Shown here: one piece after another, positions 48,105 through 60,100 of the stretch
Layout: each line of letters begins with the position of its first letter
Numbering within the stretch: the stretch's first letter is position 1
Source: Vitrella brassicaformis CCMP3155
Taxonomy: Eukaryota; Protista; Chromerida
Length of the DNA: 64,000 nucleotides
Direction of reading: 5' to 3'
NCBI GenBank assembly: GCA_001179505.1
Contig: CDMY01000688.1
Coordinates: 1-64,000 of the forward strand
Program-made: the position numbers and the translations under genes
The notes under the pieces: model-generated
Database searches by the model: none
What the model was told of the DNA's origin: nothing
The model's input: only the letters and a program-made list of their open reading frames with translations

Positions 48105-51100
48105 ATGTCGGATGACGCCGTGATGCCTCCCGAAGGCATCTCCGAGGACCTGGCAAGAAAGGCCGCCCAGCTGGCCTCCGTGCAGCCACCTGGATCCGAC
48201 GATGTCGACGACTTCCTGGAGCGTGTGGAGGACATCACGGCCACAATCACCTCGCTGGTGGAGGGCAAGGTCAAGCCCGAGGAGGTTGACGATGATATAG
48301 CTCGTGAGGAGAGGCGGCAGCGGGCGAAATTGAGGGCCATGGAGGAGGCTGCGAGGGCCGCCAGGGAGGCGGACGAGAAGAGGCGGCTGTATGGGCGGGA
48401 GGGCAAGGGGGAGGGGGACAAGTATCAGTGGTTCTGCAAGCGCTGCTTTGTCGAGTATGAGGAGGACAGCCTCGATGGCCACGAGCAATGCAGGCGATGC
48501 GGCAGGCAGGTACATATATCACATTTCGGCCCACCTACTCACCTAACCCGGATGGATATTCAGCTGCAAATCGCTGTGTGTGTGTGTGTGTCTGTCTGTC
48601 TGTCTGTCTGTCTGTGTTGTGTGTAAGCAGCTGATGAGTCGTGCTGCCCGTCATGCAGAGCTTCACGCCAAGGTGGAGCAGCTCAAGGAGGACAAAGCAC
48701 AACACCTCTCACGCAAAGACAGGTAGGTGCATCAGTTTCAAGGCCGCGACGGACCCCTCTCTCACCACAAGCCTTCTGTTCTATTATCTGCAGGTGGCTG
48801 CGGTGGAAGAAGTCTCAGGAGCTGCTTGGCCGAGGCAAGAGCATCAACTACACCAAGTGGGACTACTGGGAGCCGGAGAGCGATGAGGATGACCAAGACA
48901 CCGGCCCACCAATCGTGCCCGAAGACGACCCCAACTTCAAGGCACTGGAGAAGGAAATGACAGCCAGCGCCACAAAGTGAGACAACGACGCTAGCTGGTG
49001 TAGCTGGGCTGGTGTGTCGGATGCACACGAACGGGTGAATGTAATGTGTGTGCGTCAGGCGGTCAGATCGGTGGAAAACGGCTGAGCAGTGTCGGTTGCG
49101 CGGCAACGAGTCGTTGCGCGAGAAGGACTACGTCAGGGCGGTGGAGCACTACCAGGAGGGCCTCGACTACCGCAAGGACATGCTGCCCCTCTGGACCAAC
49201 AAGGCACTCGCGGAACTCAAGCTCTTCAGATGGACCGACGCACAACGCTCCTGCACACAGGTCGGTGTCAACACACCAGACACAGAGAGGTAGGGAGATG
49301 GACAGACAGACCAGACCCTCTGTGTGCGTGTGTGTGCAGGTCTTGGATTATGTTGAGGTGTTTGAGGAGAGCTACGCGAGTCGGCCTGACGTGTGCTTCA
49401 AGGCTCTCACAAGGCGAGCTCTCGCTCTGAGGGGCCAGAAGCAGTATGAGGCCGCCCAGCACGACCTGGAGGCCGCACACAAGCTCTTCCCCAAAGACAA
49501 GGAGGCCATCAAGCTACTCGAAGACACCAAGGTGACGACTCAATAATGCCAAAGTCAGTTCTCTGTGCTCATTCTCCTTTCTGTGTTCATTAATTGTGGT
49601 CTGTCTGCAGATAGCCGTTCAGGAGGTCCAGCAGCTGCGGCAGTCAACCAAGGACCACCACGAGCAGCAGCAGGCCGACAGCCCCGCATCACGCACCACT
49701 GAAGCCGAGTCACCGACCAGCGACAGGCTGGAAGGCGATTTGGCTGTGGTGGAGAGCAGCCAAGTCCGACCCCACGAGTGCAAGGCATCAGCCAGCGACC
49801 TGCAAAGGGCATCAGGGCTGCTCGCTGTGTCGACCAAGAGCCTGGCTGAGCTGTCGTCGCGTGCCTGTGCGGAGCTGAAGGGCCTCCTGGAAGGATCTGC
49901 AGATGTGCGGAGGTGGTTCTGCATGGCACCGAATCGACCCAAGGCCGGCATCACCATCGCTATCGAGGTGGGTGGGGGTGGGGGAGAGATAAATAAAGGG
50001 ATTGGCACGCAACTGGACCATGGATGCACGTGTGGCTGGCTTGTCATTGTGGTGCTTTCTGCTCGAAGGATGTGAGGGCGTGTGCGCAGAAGATCCGACT
50101 GGATCCATCTCTCGGCAAGACACTGGCTGCGGCGCCGAAAGACCCGCTCGTGAAGGGCTCTCAGCGGGCCACTGAACTGTTGGACATCGTCGTGACGGAC
50201 AATGCATGGGCATGCAATCTTGCTCTCGAGGCCGCCAGACCTCTGCTCACTCTCGTGGCCGAAGGCATCGCAAGAAACAGGGCTCTCATGGTCAGTGCCG
50301 GTGAAAGAATGGGATGAGCGAAGCTGACTTCATCGTGTCGTCACCTCTGCCGTCTGTTTGTGTGGTGTCCTGTCCACCCAGGTGCTGGAAGAGATGTCTC
50401 ACTTCGACCTGCCGCGCAAGTCGTTGGCCGATGCCCTCCTGCGCGACGATCACCGCGTGTCGATGCTGGTGCAGCTGATAGCGTCCTTCCAGTCGCCAGT
50501 GGACGAGGAGCAGGACGACCTCGTGAAGATCCTCCTGGCCGCAGCCCACGAGGTGGGGCTGCCCGACATCCCGGTGCCCCGCCTCATATCAGATGGACGC
50601 ACCGGTCAGTCAGCAATCAAGGACAGACCGAGGAGAGTCGGGAAGATGGGATGGCAAGTGTTTCCGTTGTCAGATGCTGAGGTGGCGTGTGCGCTTCTCG
50701 GCAACCTGGCGCTTGAGCCGACGGTGAGGCGGCGGCTTCGCGAGTGTGCCGTGGACATCGTGTCGGCCGCTCTGAAGTACATCCGACCCAACGACCCCGT
50801 TGCCTGTGAGCGGGGCGCCACACTCATCCTCAATGCAGCACAGGTAGGTACCCACACACTGCAGCACACACAGGCAGGAGCTGCGATGCATCCGGTGTGG
50901 GTCGTGATATATCCTCAGGATGAGTTGATCAGCGAGGAGATTGCCCGCCACAGCTTCGCCCCCATCCTCGTGACGCTCAAGAATGAGAAGAATGAGTCTG
51001 CCGGCGAGATCCGCTACCTCCCCCGCATCCAGAAGCTGCTGGGCATCCTCGTCAACGGCACCACACGGTCGCCAGCAGCCAGACATGAGCTCGTCACCAT

Positions 51101-51971
51101 GCGGGAGGCGATGGACGTCCTGCTGATCTATGCCAAGTCGACTGACGAGGTGGTGTGTCAGCGGGCCATGGCGCTGCTGTTCCGAATGGTGACGGATGGG
51201 GTCACTGTGGGTGAGGGGGCCGTGGCTGCACTCGTGATGGCCATCGACGGGGCGCTGGAGCTCCACACAGGGAGGGAGGAAGTGCCTGAGGTAGGAGGGA
51301 GGCAAGAAGGGATGGGTGCCTGTCAGCCATTGAATGACATGACACGATTTCATCTGTGAATGAAGGGATTCGGTTTGTGTTCAGGTGGTGGGTGCGTCTG
51401 TGCGCCTATTCTGCGCCTTGGTGACCAAGAAAGGCGTCCGCTCAACGGTCGCCGAGTTTCAGAGGTCACCCGCCATGCCGCGCCTCCCCCGCGTCTTGTT
51501 GCGCATCTTCCAGTGCTTCAAGAAGCTCACGCCCACCCGGGACGTGCCGTCCGAGGAGGCCTCATCGCCACCATCGCAGCTGAGGGGCAACATCTGCCTC
51601 CTCATATCGAGGCTCGCGCAAGCACAAGAGGAGGCCTTGGGTGTGCTCAAGAGTGGGGACGCACTGGCCGAGAGAAATGGGTGAGCTGCTACCGCACAGC
51701 GAGGAGTCGGAGCACCTGGCTGACATGTCTGTCACGGGGTGTGTGTGTGTGTGTGTGCAGGCCAACAGATGTGTTGCGGTCGCTCGATTTGCGCCCGTTG
51801 GTGTCGCCGGTGATTGAGTGTCTGCGTCGTGAGCCGCCCAAGAGCGGCCCGCAGCAGAACGCTGCTGTGGCGCTGACACGCTTGGCGCGTGTGGAGTGCT
51901 ACCGCGACACTGTAAGAGCGCTGCATGGGTTTGAGGCTTTGCACCAGATAGCTGCCAAGGCGCTGAACTGA
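48105..51971 (+). CDS. TTC12: TPR + armadillo-repeat protein, TTC12-like
   Basis: N-terminal DDFLERVEDI; TPR motifs RLRGNESLREKDYVRAVEHY, LWTNKALAELKL and KALTRRALA; ARM-like helices ALLGNLAL and QQNAAVALTRLA. The symbol is a best guess. Confidence 0.65.
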
Positions 51972-52684
51972 CTGAAACAAACATGATGGGTCGGGAGGGA
52001 TGGGGTATGTTCACCGCTGCTGGCTGCGTGCTCATGCGTTGTACATGTCTGTCGTGTAGACCCTAGACTCAGGGGGGGAATTCATTGCTGGATGGATGGG
52101 AGAGTAAGGTCAAGTGAAGTTGGATGATTTGCTGCATCGCCGCTGACAGCGAGGGCCCGCCAGCTGCGATGGACCAGTCGCCTTAGAGATGCCAGGCGTC
52201 GGTCGGTCATCGACAGTTACGAGCCAGATAAGTGGGCAGGGTTGGGAACGGAGGACAATGGGGCTTTCCTGTCGGTGTCGACGGAGGGTTTTCAGTTCAC
52301 ACTCGGTGAGCTGGAAGTGTACAATCTCGGATTGTGTTGCATTGCACGTGCGGGGACATAGCGGGGGTGTGTCAGTATGACTGACATGCTATGTGCAGAG
52401 TGAGTGAATGGCATGAAACTATGTCAGCCGACCTGACTGACATATTTTGATGCGCGAAATATCGATTTGTGCAACGTCAGGCGTATACAAGCGTTCTCTT
52501 GGCACACAAACGTGTTTGCAAATTCAATACGAGATGGTCCTCCATCGCTCTCGCACTCACATACACGCCTTTTGTTCACTCCTCCCCCACGACGCCTTTC
52601 CCCCAACTCTCTAGAGAACTGAATCCCTCAAACACAATACACACCAACTAAGCTAGCTTTCTTTCGGCCCATTCATTCGTCTTG

Positions 52685-53792
52685 TCATTTCGTCCGCATC
52701 TCAGCCTTGTGCTCAAAGTACTCCCATATCTAAGATAGCAGGCAGCCAGGCAGTGAATCGACAGACAGGTGTTTCTTCTTCATTCCTGCTCACCTCGTCG
52801 GCTGCGATGCCGCAGTCGCCAATGAGATACTGCACCACTTGCCGCTTCATCAGTGGCCCCACGGGCAGCTCGACACCGGCATGCTGGGCGAACTCCTTGA
52901 GCCGCTTGAGAGAGAACAACGCCTCTATCTGCTCCACGTCCCTCGCCACGCTGTTTGCATCACGCCCCTGTGCCGCATCGTCACTCCCAGATGGTGCCAC
53001 TGTCCTATTTCGCCGCTGCAGCAGGGTGAGCGCCCGCAGGGTGGGGTTGTCAGCGATGGCCGCGGCTTGACGCGACCGATATCTCTCCTCGGCCGCCTGC
53101 AGGCGCCGCCACCGCAGCCTCGCATCCGCGAAGGCATCCATCTCATCCTCTTGCTCCTCCTGCTGCTCCTGCTCGCCTGGCCGACCCACAAACGCGTCGA
53201 CGTCGTTGATGCTGCGGTCGCTGAGCCACTCCTCCACTGTCTGCTCGTCTTGTGCGGCCGCCTGGAGTTCGTCGAGCTTGTCCATCATGGTGGCCAGGTA
53301 CTCTTCAGCCTCCTCCTGCCTCTTGCTGGGCTTCCGCGGCCGGCGGGGAAATGCGGCGAACAGCTCCTCGGGCGCCCTTGACAGCTCCTCGTCCAGATCA
53401 GCAATGAACTCCTATACAGTACGTGTGTGCAGCACATGGGAAGCCATCACATCTCATGCCCAAAACAAATGTGTCCTGTGCGGGTCGGGTGTGCATGCCA
53501 TGCGCACCTCCATGACTTTCTTCTTCTTGGGCTGCGGCTCCAGCGCCTGCCAGTCCTCCACAGGCCCTGGGCCGTCCGACTCCGCACTGAGTAGAGCAGA
53601 TGAGTGTGGGTCCGGGAGAGACCGCAAAGCGAAGATCTGACGCATCCGGACGGCTGCAGGGATAGGCATGAAGCACATGGCACGCTGACATCTCGATAGA
53701 GACCACAGCAACCCACACACGACGGCTCTTCGGCGATGGCGCCCAGCAGAGGGCGGAGCAAAAGGATAACACGGATGCCGCTGGCCTTCCAT
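52685..53792 (-). CDS. Acidic hypothetical protein with possible plastid-targeting leader and C-terminal Rho-N/HEH-like motif
   Basis: Spliced exons give MEGQRH...AMCFMPIP...DLDEELSRAPEELF...FSLKRLKEFAQHAGVELPVGPLMKRQVVQYLI...IWEYFEHKAEMRTK*. Confidence 0.55.
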
Positions 53793-53991
53793 TGATGCCA
53801 CAGAGCGCGTGGAGAGCTTCAGAGAGAAGGACTTTTCCACTCGCACGGCGGCTCGCATTGCAAGCTCACATTCATATCCCCTTTCGGATCTGGTTTGGGA
53901 AAGCCCTTCCTTTGTGTTCAATCTGGCTACCGAAGCGGCAGGTTCGACCTCGGTTCTGCTCAACTGTCGCATCTGCCCCCCCGAGGAATCG

Positions 53992-54847
53992 ATGAGCGGA
54001 CCGAGCGCCCTCTCGACGCTCTTCTGTGGCTGCTGTGCCACGGGCGCCACTGACACGGCGGGCCAGGTCAACGTCGGACCTCACACCTCAAATCAAGTGC
54101 TCGGACTCCAGGGTGAGCGAGCAACGGCTGAGAGGGTCGCGGGCGGACAGGACAGGCGGGGAAGAGAGGCAGACAGGCACACAGATCAGACAGCCAGAGC
54201 TGCCTGGTATCTGGAATCGCTGTTTGTGTTTGTTGTGGTTTCTGTGTCTGTCTGTCTTGTGCCAAGCAGATATCCCGGAGCTGAAGCCGACCACCGATGC
54301 CCAGCAAGGACCCGAAAGCGGTGAGGGGGGACGACAGAGAGCAAACTGCTGACGCAAGCAAGCATTCATCACGTGTGTGTCGGCTCGGCAGCTGTGCCCA
54401 AGTCGGACAGCCCGCCCCCCTGGGAGTCCCACAAGGTTGCGGAGGGGGAGGCGGCCGGCGGCGTCAGCCCCGCACCAGGCAGGGCCGAGTCAAGGGTCGC
54501 GAAGATGACCGCAGAGGAAAAGGTAGCTGCAGAAGGGAAGGCTTCAGGACGACCGCGCAGTGACAACAAAATGGCATTTGTCGTGTTGTGTGTGGTGGGG
54601 GTCGTCAGGAGAAGGAGAAGGCTCGTCTGCAGAAGCTCGTCAAGGAGTTTGCAAAGGTGAGGATGGGCTGAAACGAACGATGGCACATGGTCAGGGATGA
54701 CACGGACGGGGGTGTCTGTGGTGTGGCGTGTGGGTGTTCAGGACGCGGTCAAGGGCATTGACCTGCAGTGCGTCAACTATGAGACGGGTATGCCAACACA
54801 GAGGGGCGGGGAGGGAAGGATGGCACCGTTGCTGACGGTCGGGGCAT

Positions 54848-54880
<33 letters not shown>

Positions 54881-55521
54881 AGGGGAGATGATCAAGGTCA
54901 AGTTCTCCATGGATGGCTACCTCACGGTAGGCATGAGCACCACAGCCATTCGATCGCCTCTGCCCTCACCCATGTGTATGTGGGTTGACATATCTGCAGA
55001 GTTTCACGGTGACTCCCGTCGACAAGACCGACCCCATCGCACTGCCGCCATCACTCGCCAAAGTCGACATGAAATTCGTAAGTCTCAACCCACCACCGCC
55101 CACGGCCCACATGCACACAGCTTATCGTCTGCGTGATTTCCTGCACTCAGATCTCGGCCGTTTTCAAGGGCGGGGAGATCCTTCGCAAGGTCAGTCAGCC
55201 CACTCGCTCACAACGGACAGCAGAGCAGTAAGGTCAGTCTCCTGTCTTCTGCCTTTGCACAGTGTCCGGATTTTTATGCGCGTGATGACGTCAATGACAT
55301 CGTTGGCATGGAGGTCGACCCCGAGAAGAAGCAGCTTTTCTTCCACTTCGAGGAGTCCTACCTCAGGGACAAATTCTACACATGCCTCAAAATACTCAGG
55401 TATACCAGTCTGGGACACGAGCGGAGAGAAGACATTCACGAGGCATACGCGTGTGGCGCTGGCTCTACTTGCACGTGTGTGTGTGTTTTTGTGTGTGTGT
55501 TGTGAGCAGGCTGTCTGTTGA
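53992..55521 (+). CDS. Alveolate PH-fold/ISP-like protein with N-terminal Cys cluster (about 10 exons)
   Basis: Phase-consistent exons: MSGPSALSTLFCGCC...MTAEEK/EKEKARLQKLVKEFAK/DAVKGIDLQCVNYETG/EMIKVKFSMDGYLT/SFTVTP...LFFHFEESYLRDKFYTCLKILR. Family assignment is from memory. Confidence 0.6.
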
Positions 55522-55899
55522 AGTCAGCAAGACCAAGGGCGGCGAGTGAATGCTGGCCTGACAAGATACTACTCGTTTTATTGGCGGCGGGGAGGGGCGG
55601 GGGCGATCGAGTGGGCACCTGTGTGCACCTGTGTATTGTGGTGGGTGTGAGAGACAGCGAGCTCTTTTATAACGCGAATGGTCCCGGCCAGCCAGCCATG
55701 CATGCCACCCACCCCCCACCCCCCCACCCACATCGCAGCATGCTCGTAACCCCTCTGCTGATCAAGCAGGCCAAGTCTTTTTTCCATGCCCCTCTCAGAG
55801 CTTTTCTATCTATCTAGCCGTTCTTCGCTGCTTCCTTCCGTCATGTTATTTGCTTCTATGCGTGATGTTTCCATCCATCTAATCTCACTCACTTTCTTA

Positions 55900-56600
55900 G
55901 CTGAACAGACAGACCCTGCACGCGTCTATGGCCTGCTGCTGCGTGTGTATGCGATGGGTGTGTATGCGTCTCGTGTCGTGTACGTGTGTGTGTGTGTGTA
56001 CTCGTGTGAAGGTATGTATGTGTATGTGTGTGTGTGTGTGTGTGTATGTCTTTTTACGACTGCCTACCTTGTTACGTACGTACGTCAGTATGTATGCGTG
56101 TGGATGCATGCGATGCGTGGCCGCCTCTCTCTCGCACCTAATCTCATCTCATCTCATCTCATCATATCATATCTTGCCTCATCTCAGCTCATCTCCCTGA
56201 GTCTCTCTCCCCATCTCTCTATCTCCTTCCTTCTTGCCATTTGAGTCACTCACGTCAGTCAGTCAGTCAGTCACTCCCTGCCTCCCTGACTAACTCTCCA
56301 TCTGCCCTGTTTTGGTGCCTGGGTACATGCATGGGTGGGTGGGTGGGCTGAATCAATGAATGTCCTCTGGCTGGCACACACCGGCTGACCTGGTCAGCCA
56401 GCCGGTCGGCGAGCCTTTTGTCAATCTAGTCGATCCACTCCCCAAGACCCGACTGCGAGTGACTTCCTCTACGTGTCTCCATCAATCGGTGTCTGGGTGC
56501 TTTTTGTCTCGGCTTTATCGAGCATGTGGCTGGCTGGCTGGCCGGCTGGCGGCCGGGGGATTTGTAACACAACACAACACAAGTCAGGTGTATGAGGGAG
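55900..56600. repeat. Microsatellite-rich convergent intergenic region: (TG)n, (ATCTC)n, (AGTC)n, (GGCT)n, (GGAG)n
   Basis: Seen directly. Confidence 0.75.
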
Positions 56601-57120
56601 GGAGGGAGGGAGGAATGGTTTGATTGATGCATGGCGGCACAACATAACCCAAGCCACACATGAGGCATGGCATCCATGGTCGAGTGCAGTGCGTCCGTCC
56701 CTTTTATCCCTAGCTGCCATCCATCTGCATGTGCCTCCGACTCATGTGGTGCATGCAGGGCATACACGATATGGATGGACATGATGTTATTGATGATCGA
56801 TGACCCGTCTGGTGATAATACGTACGTGAAATGCAAAAAACAGCAGGAACGCCGCAGCGCCTCCGCTTCTCGCCGGACTGGCCACCTGCACCATCAGCAT
56901 CAGCATCAGCACCTGCAGCTGCCAAAGCCATCTTCTCACACGCAACAACAAGAGATTCACTCATTCCCTTGATTGACAAACAAGTGCGGTCATCATGTCT
57001 CACTCAAAGGTCCGCTAACCTACCCACTCACAGATGCACACACACACACACACAGGCACATCCATCCATCCATCCACAACTGGACCATGCCCCTCACCCC
57101 CTCCCTGTCGGTCGACACGC

Positions 57121-60100
57121 TCAGCCGACATTCGCCGGTCTCCGCGTCATCTGGATGACCATGCCGGCCCTGACGCCCTTCTCCCCCACCGTCACGCCAG
57201 GCTGTGTCTTGTGCGGCAGCTCATGGCCCGTCATCAGGAACCGCAGCAGGTCCGTCGAGGGCGCCACGCCGCCCTCACTCTCACCCAGCTTGTTTGCGAA
57301 AGCTTGCGCGAAGTCGCCCAGTGTGGTGTCGACCGTCAGCTGGATCTCCATGGTGGATCCCGAGCCCACCATCTGGACCTTGACGGTGAAGGAGCCGTCC
57401 TCGTGCTGCGAATGGTCGGTGTCGTCTTGTGTGGTGGGGTGGGCGGCGATGTAGCCCTCGGGGTCGGCCAGGAAGGCGTGGATCTTCTCCTTGAGATCAG
57501 GCACTGACAAACAGACAGACAGACAGACAGACAGGAACGGACACGTGTGTGGTTGCGGGGTGTGTCTGTGTCTGTGTCTGTCCGTGTGTGTGTGTGTGTG
57601 TGTGTTGTGCTGACCTTCCTCTACGTCGTTCTTGGCATCGAACAGCATGCTGCCGCCCTTCTTGTAGGGGTCCTCGGCCTTCCCGTCAGGCCGCGTGATC
57701 TTGTCCAGTGTCGTGCTGACACACAAGCCCAAGCCCAAGCATGTGTGTGACATACATGTCATGACACACGAGTGTGTCTGTCTGTGTGGGGTGGTCTGTG
57801 TGCCTTACTAGTCGACGACGGTGCCGGTCGGCAGCCGTCGAGGCTCCTTCATGATCTCACCCGTCAGCGAATCGATGAACTGATTGATGATACACACAGG
57901 CCAGCAGCAACCACAATCATGAGGCAGGCCTCTTGGGTGTCTGTCACGCTGTGACAATGTCGTGTACTGACCTCTGGCGGGGCCATCTCGGTGAGCCGCA
58001 TTTCCTCACTGGCGCGCTCCTTGGTCTCGCGCAAGGTCGCGCCAATCCTCGCTACCTGCATAATGGTCGAATAAACAGCGATGTCATGACACAGGGGAGG
58101 GAGGAGTGGGCGCGGTCGGCCTCGCTGGCTGACCATGCTGGCGAATTTGTTCCATGTTGCCCGATCTAGCAACGACTCACGGTACAGGATGTTTCCTACA
58201 CGCAAGGAGGGGAAGGGGAGAATGGGTGGACAGTGAGAGTGGAATGAAAGAGCACTGATTGCGTCGCCCCCAGCTGTTCTGTTCTGTGCGGCGTACTTGC
58301 TTTGTGGAAGGTGTCAATGCGGAAGTTGCGATCGTCCATCTGCACCTGCACACACCACACACCACACCATCTGCCTTGCCGCATCTCCCTCCTCTTTATC
58401 TCACCCTCTCGAGGAACTTGTCGGCCGACATGGGCGTCTTGTGCGTCGATGTGGCGGCCGCACCGGCGTCGAACTGGCCGTGACTGAAGAGGTCCGCATA
58501 CATCTGCCCAACCCAGCCGAGCATCTCACGAATGTTGAGGCCATAGCGCTCGGGGTGCGAACACTGTGCTCACACACACACACACACACAGACAGGTACG
58601 GTATCCGATGTGCGCATGTGGGGCACTGCGTGTTGACCTTGAGGTTGAGAGCCTGCGGCCCGACGAGTCGTGTGATGATCATGTTGAGCACCCGCACCAC
58701 CTCGTCGAAGAGGGCCACGCTCTCCGTCATGAGCACCGACACGTGGCGGCCGTATTGACGCACCACGAAGTGCAACGTCTCTAACAACTTGACGCCCGTC
58801 TGGTGTGCACACACCACACCACACGAGACACACTATGGCATATGCCGCCCCCGTGTGTGCGTGTGTGTGTGTGTGTGGATGTGTTGCGAACCGGCAGCTG
58901 GTAGAGTCCGTTTCGATGCTCTGGCGAGAGTTGCTGTATGGCTTGCTGCGGATTGACGCCGCCGTCCTGCAGCCTGCAGAACACGCAACCCAACACCACA
59001 CACACACACACACACACAGACACACATATAAGATTTCGCCCCCCGTCGGTGCTCATTCTGTCTGCCCCGTTGTCATGCCACTGACCTCTTCAACTCGGCT
59101 ATGGCGTCCAGGCCCTCCTCGACGTAGCTGATGGCGTCCTGGCATATGCTGCGGACGAACGCCGCCATCTTCATCGGCATCGCGTCAAACGACCTGGTCA
59201 CCACGTCGCGGAAGATCTTGATCTCCTTGACAATCTGCCAAACCACACACACACAGAGCAACAGAATGCAGCCACTCACTCTGTCGGCCGCTTCCTCCCT
59301 CCGTCCCGTGCTCACCCGAACGAACAGCCGAGCGCCATCCGATTTGGCCTCGACGTTGCCCACCTACACGAATGCATATCGACACGTCATTCATCGGCCA
59401 ATCTCACGCACACAAGCTGTCCCCCCTCTCTGACAACACGAAGTACAAGAGTTGCTGACCCACACATTTTCCCAAATGATGCCCTCCCGCTGCTGGAAGG
59501 TGAAGTAGGTGATGATGGCCGGGATGAGGTGCGCGTTGGCCAGCACGCTGTCGCCCAGCTGGCGCGTCCAGTGTGGGTCACTCGAGAACAGCATCGACTC
59601 CAGAAGCCCCTATATATGTCGAAACCAAAATGGCAGGTGGGGTGCCATGGGGTGGATGTGCCCTTTTGTGGCTTACGAATGCCTTCTTGAGGACATCCAC
59701 CCGTCTGAAGTAGCTGGGGGCGCCGACGATCAGCAGCACGAACGCGATGACGAGCTGCGGGTCCAGCACGCTGCGGTCGGCCGCCGTGTGAGAGTGGAAG
59801 ACGAAGTCCACGCCCACGAGTGTGTCCATCACCAGCCACTCTGGCAAGAGCATCAGCTCCACCGGCCCGCGGCTCTCCTCACCGTTGTCCAGACACTCCA
59901 CGGCGACGACCCCCTCCGACAGCTTGTCTTCGTCGAGAGTCGCCAGGTCAGCCTGCTCCTCGTCCATCAGCCACTTCAGCAAGCTGTCGTACTTGGGAGG
60001 GCAGGGGGGGATGGGCGTGTCGGGCGAGCGGAGCAGCCTGAAGGGGTCCGGTGGGGAGCTGGGATGGGGCCGTGGTGACGTGGGTGACAGTGTGGGCGAC

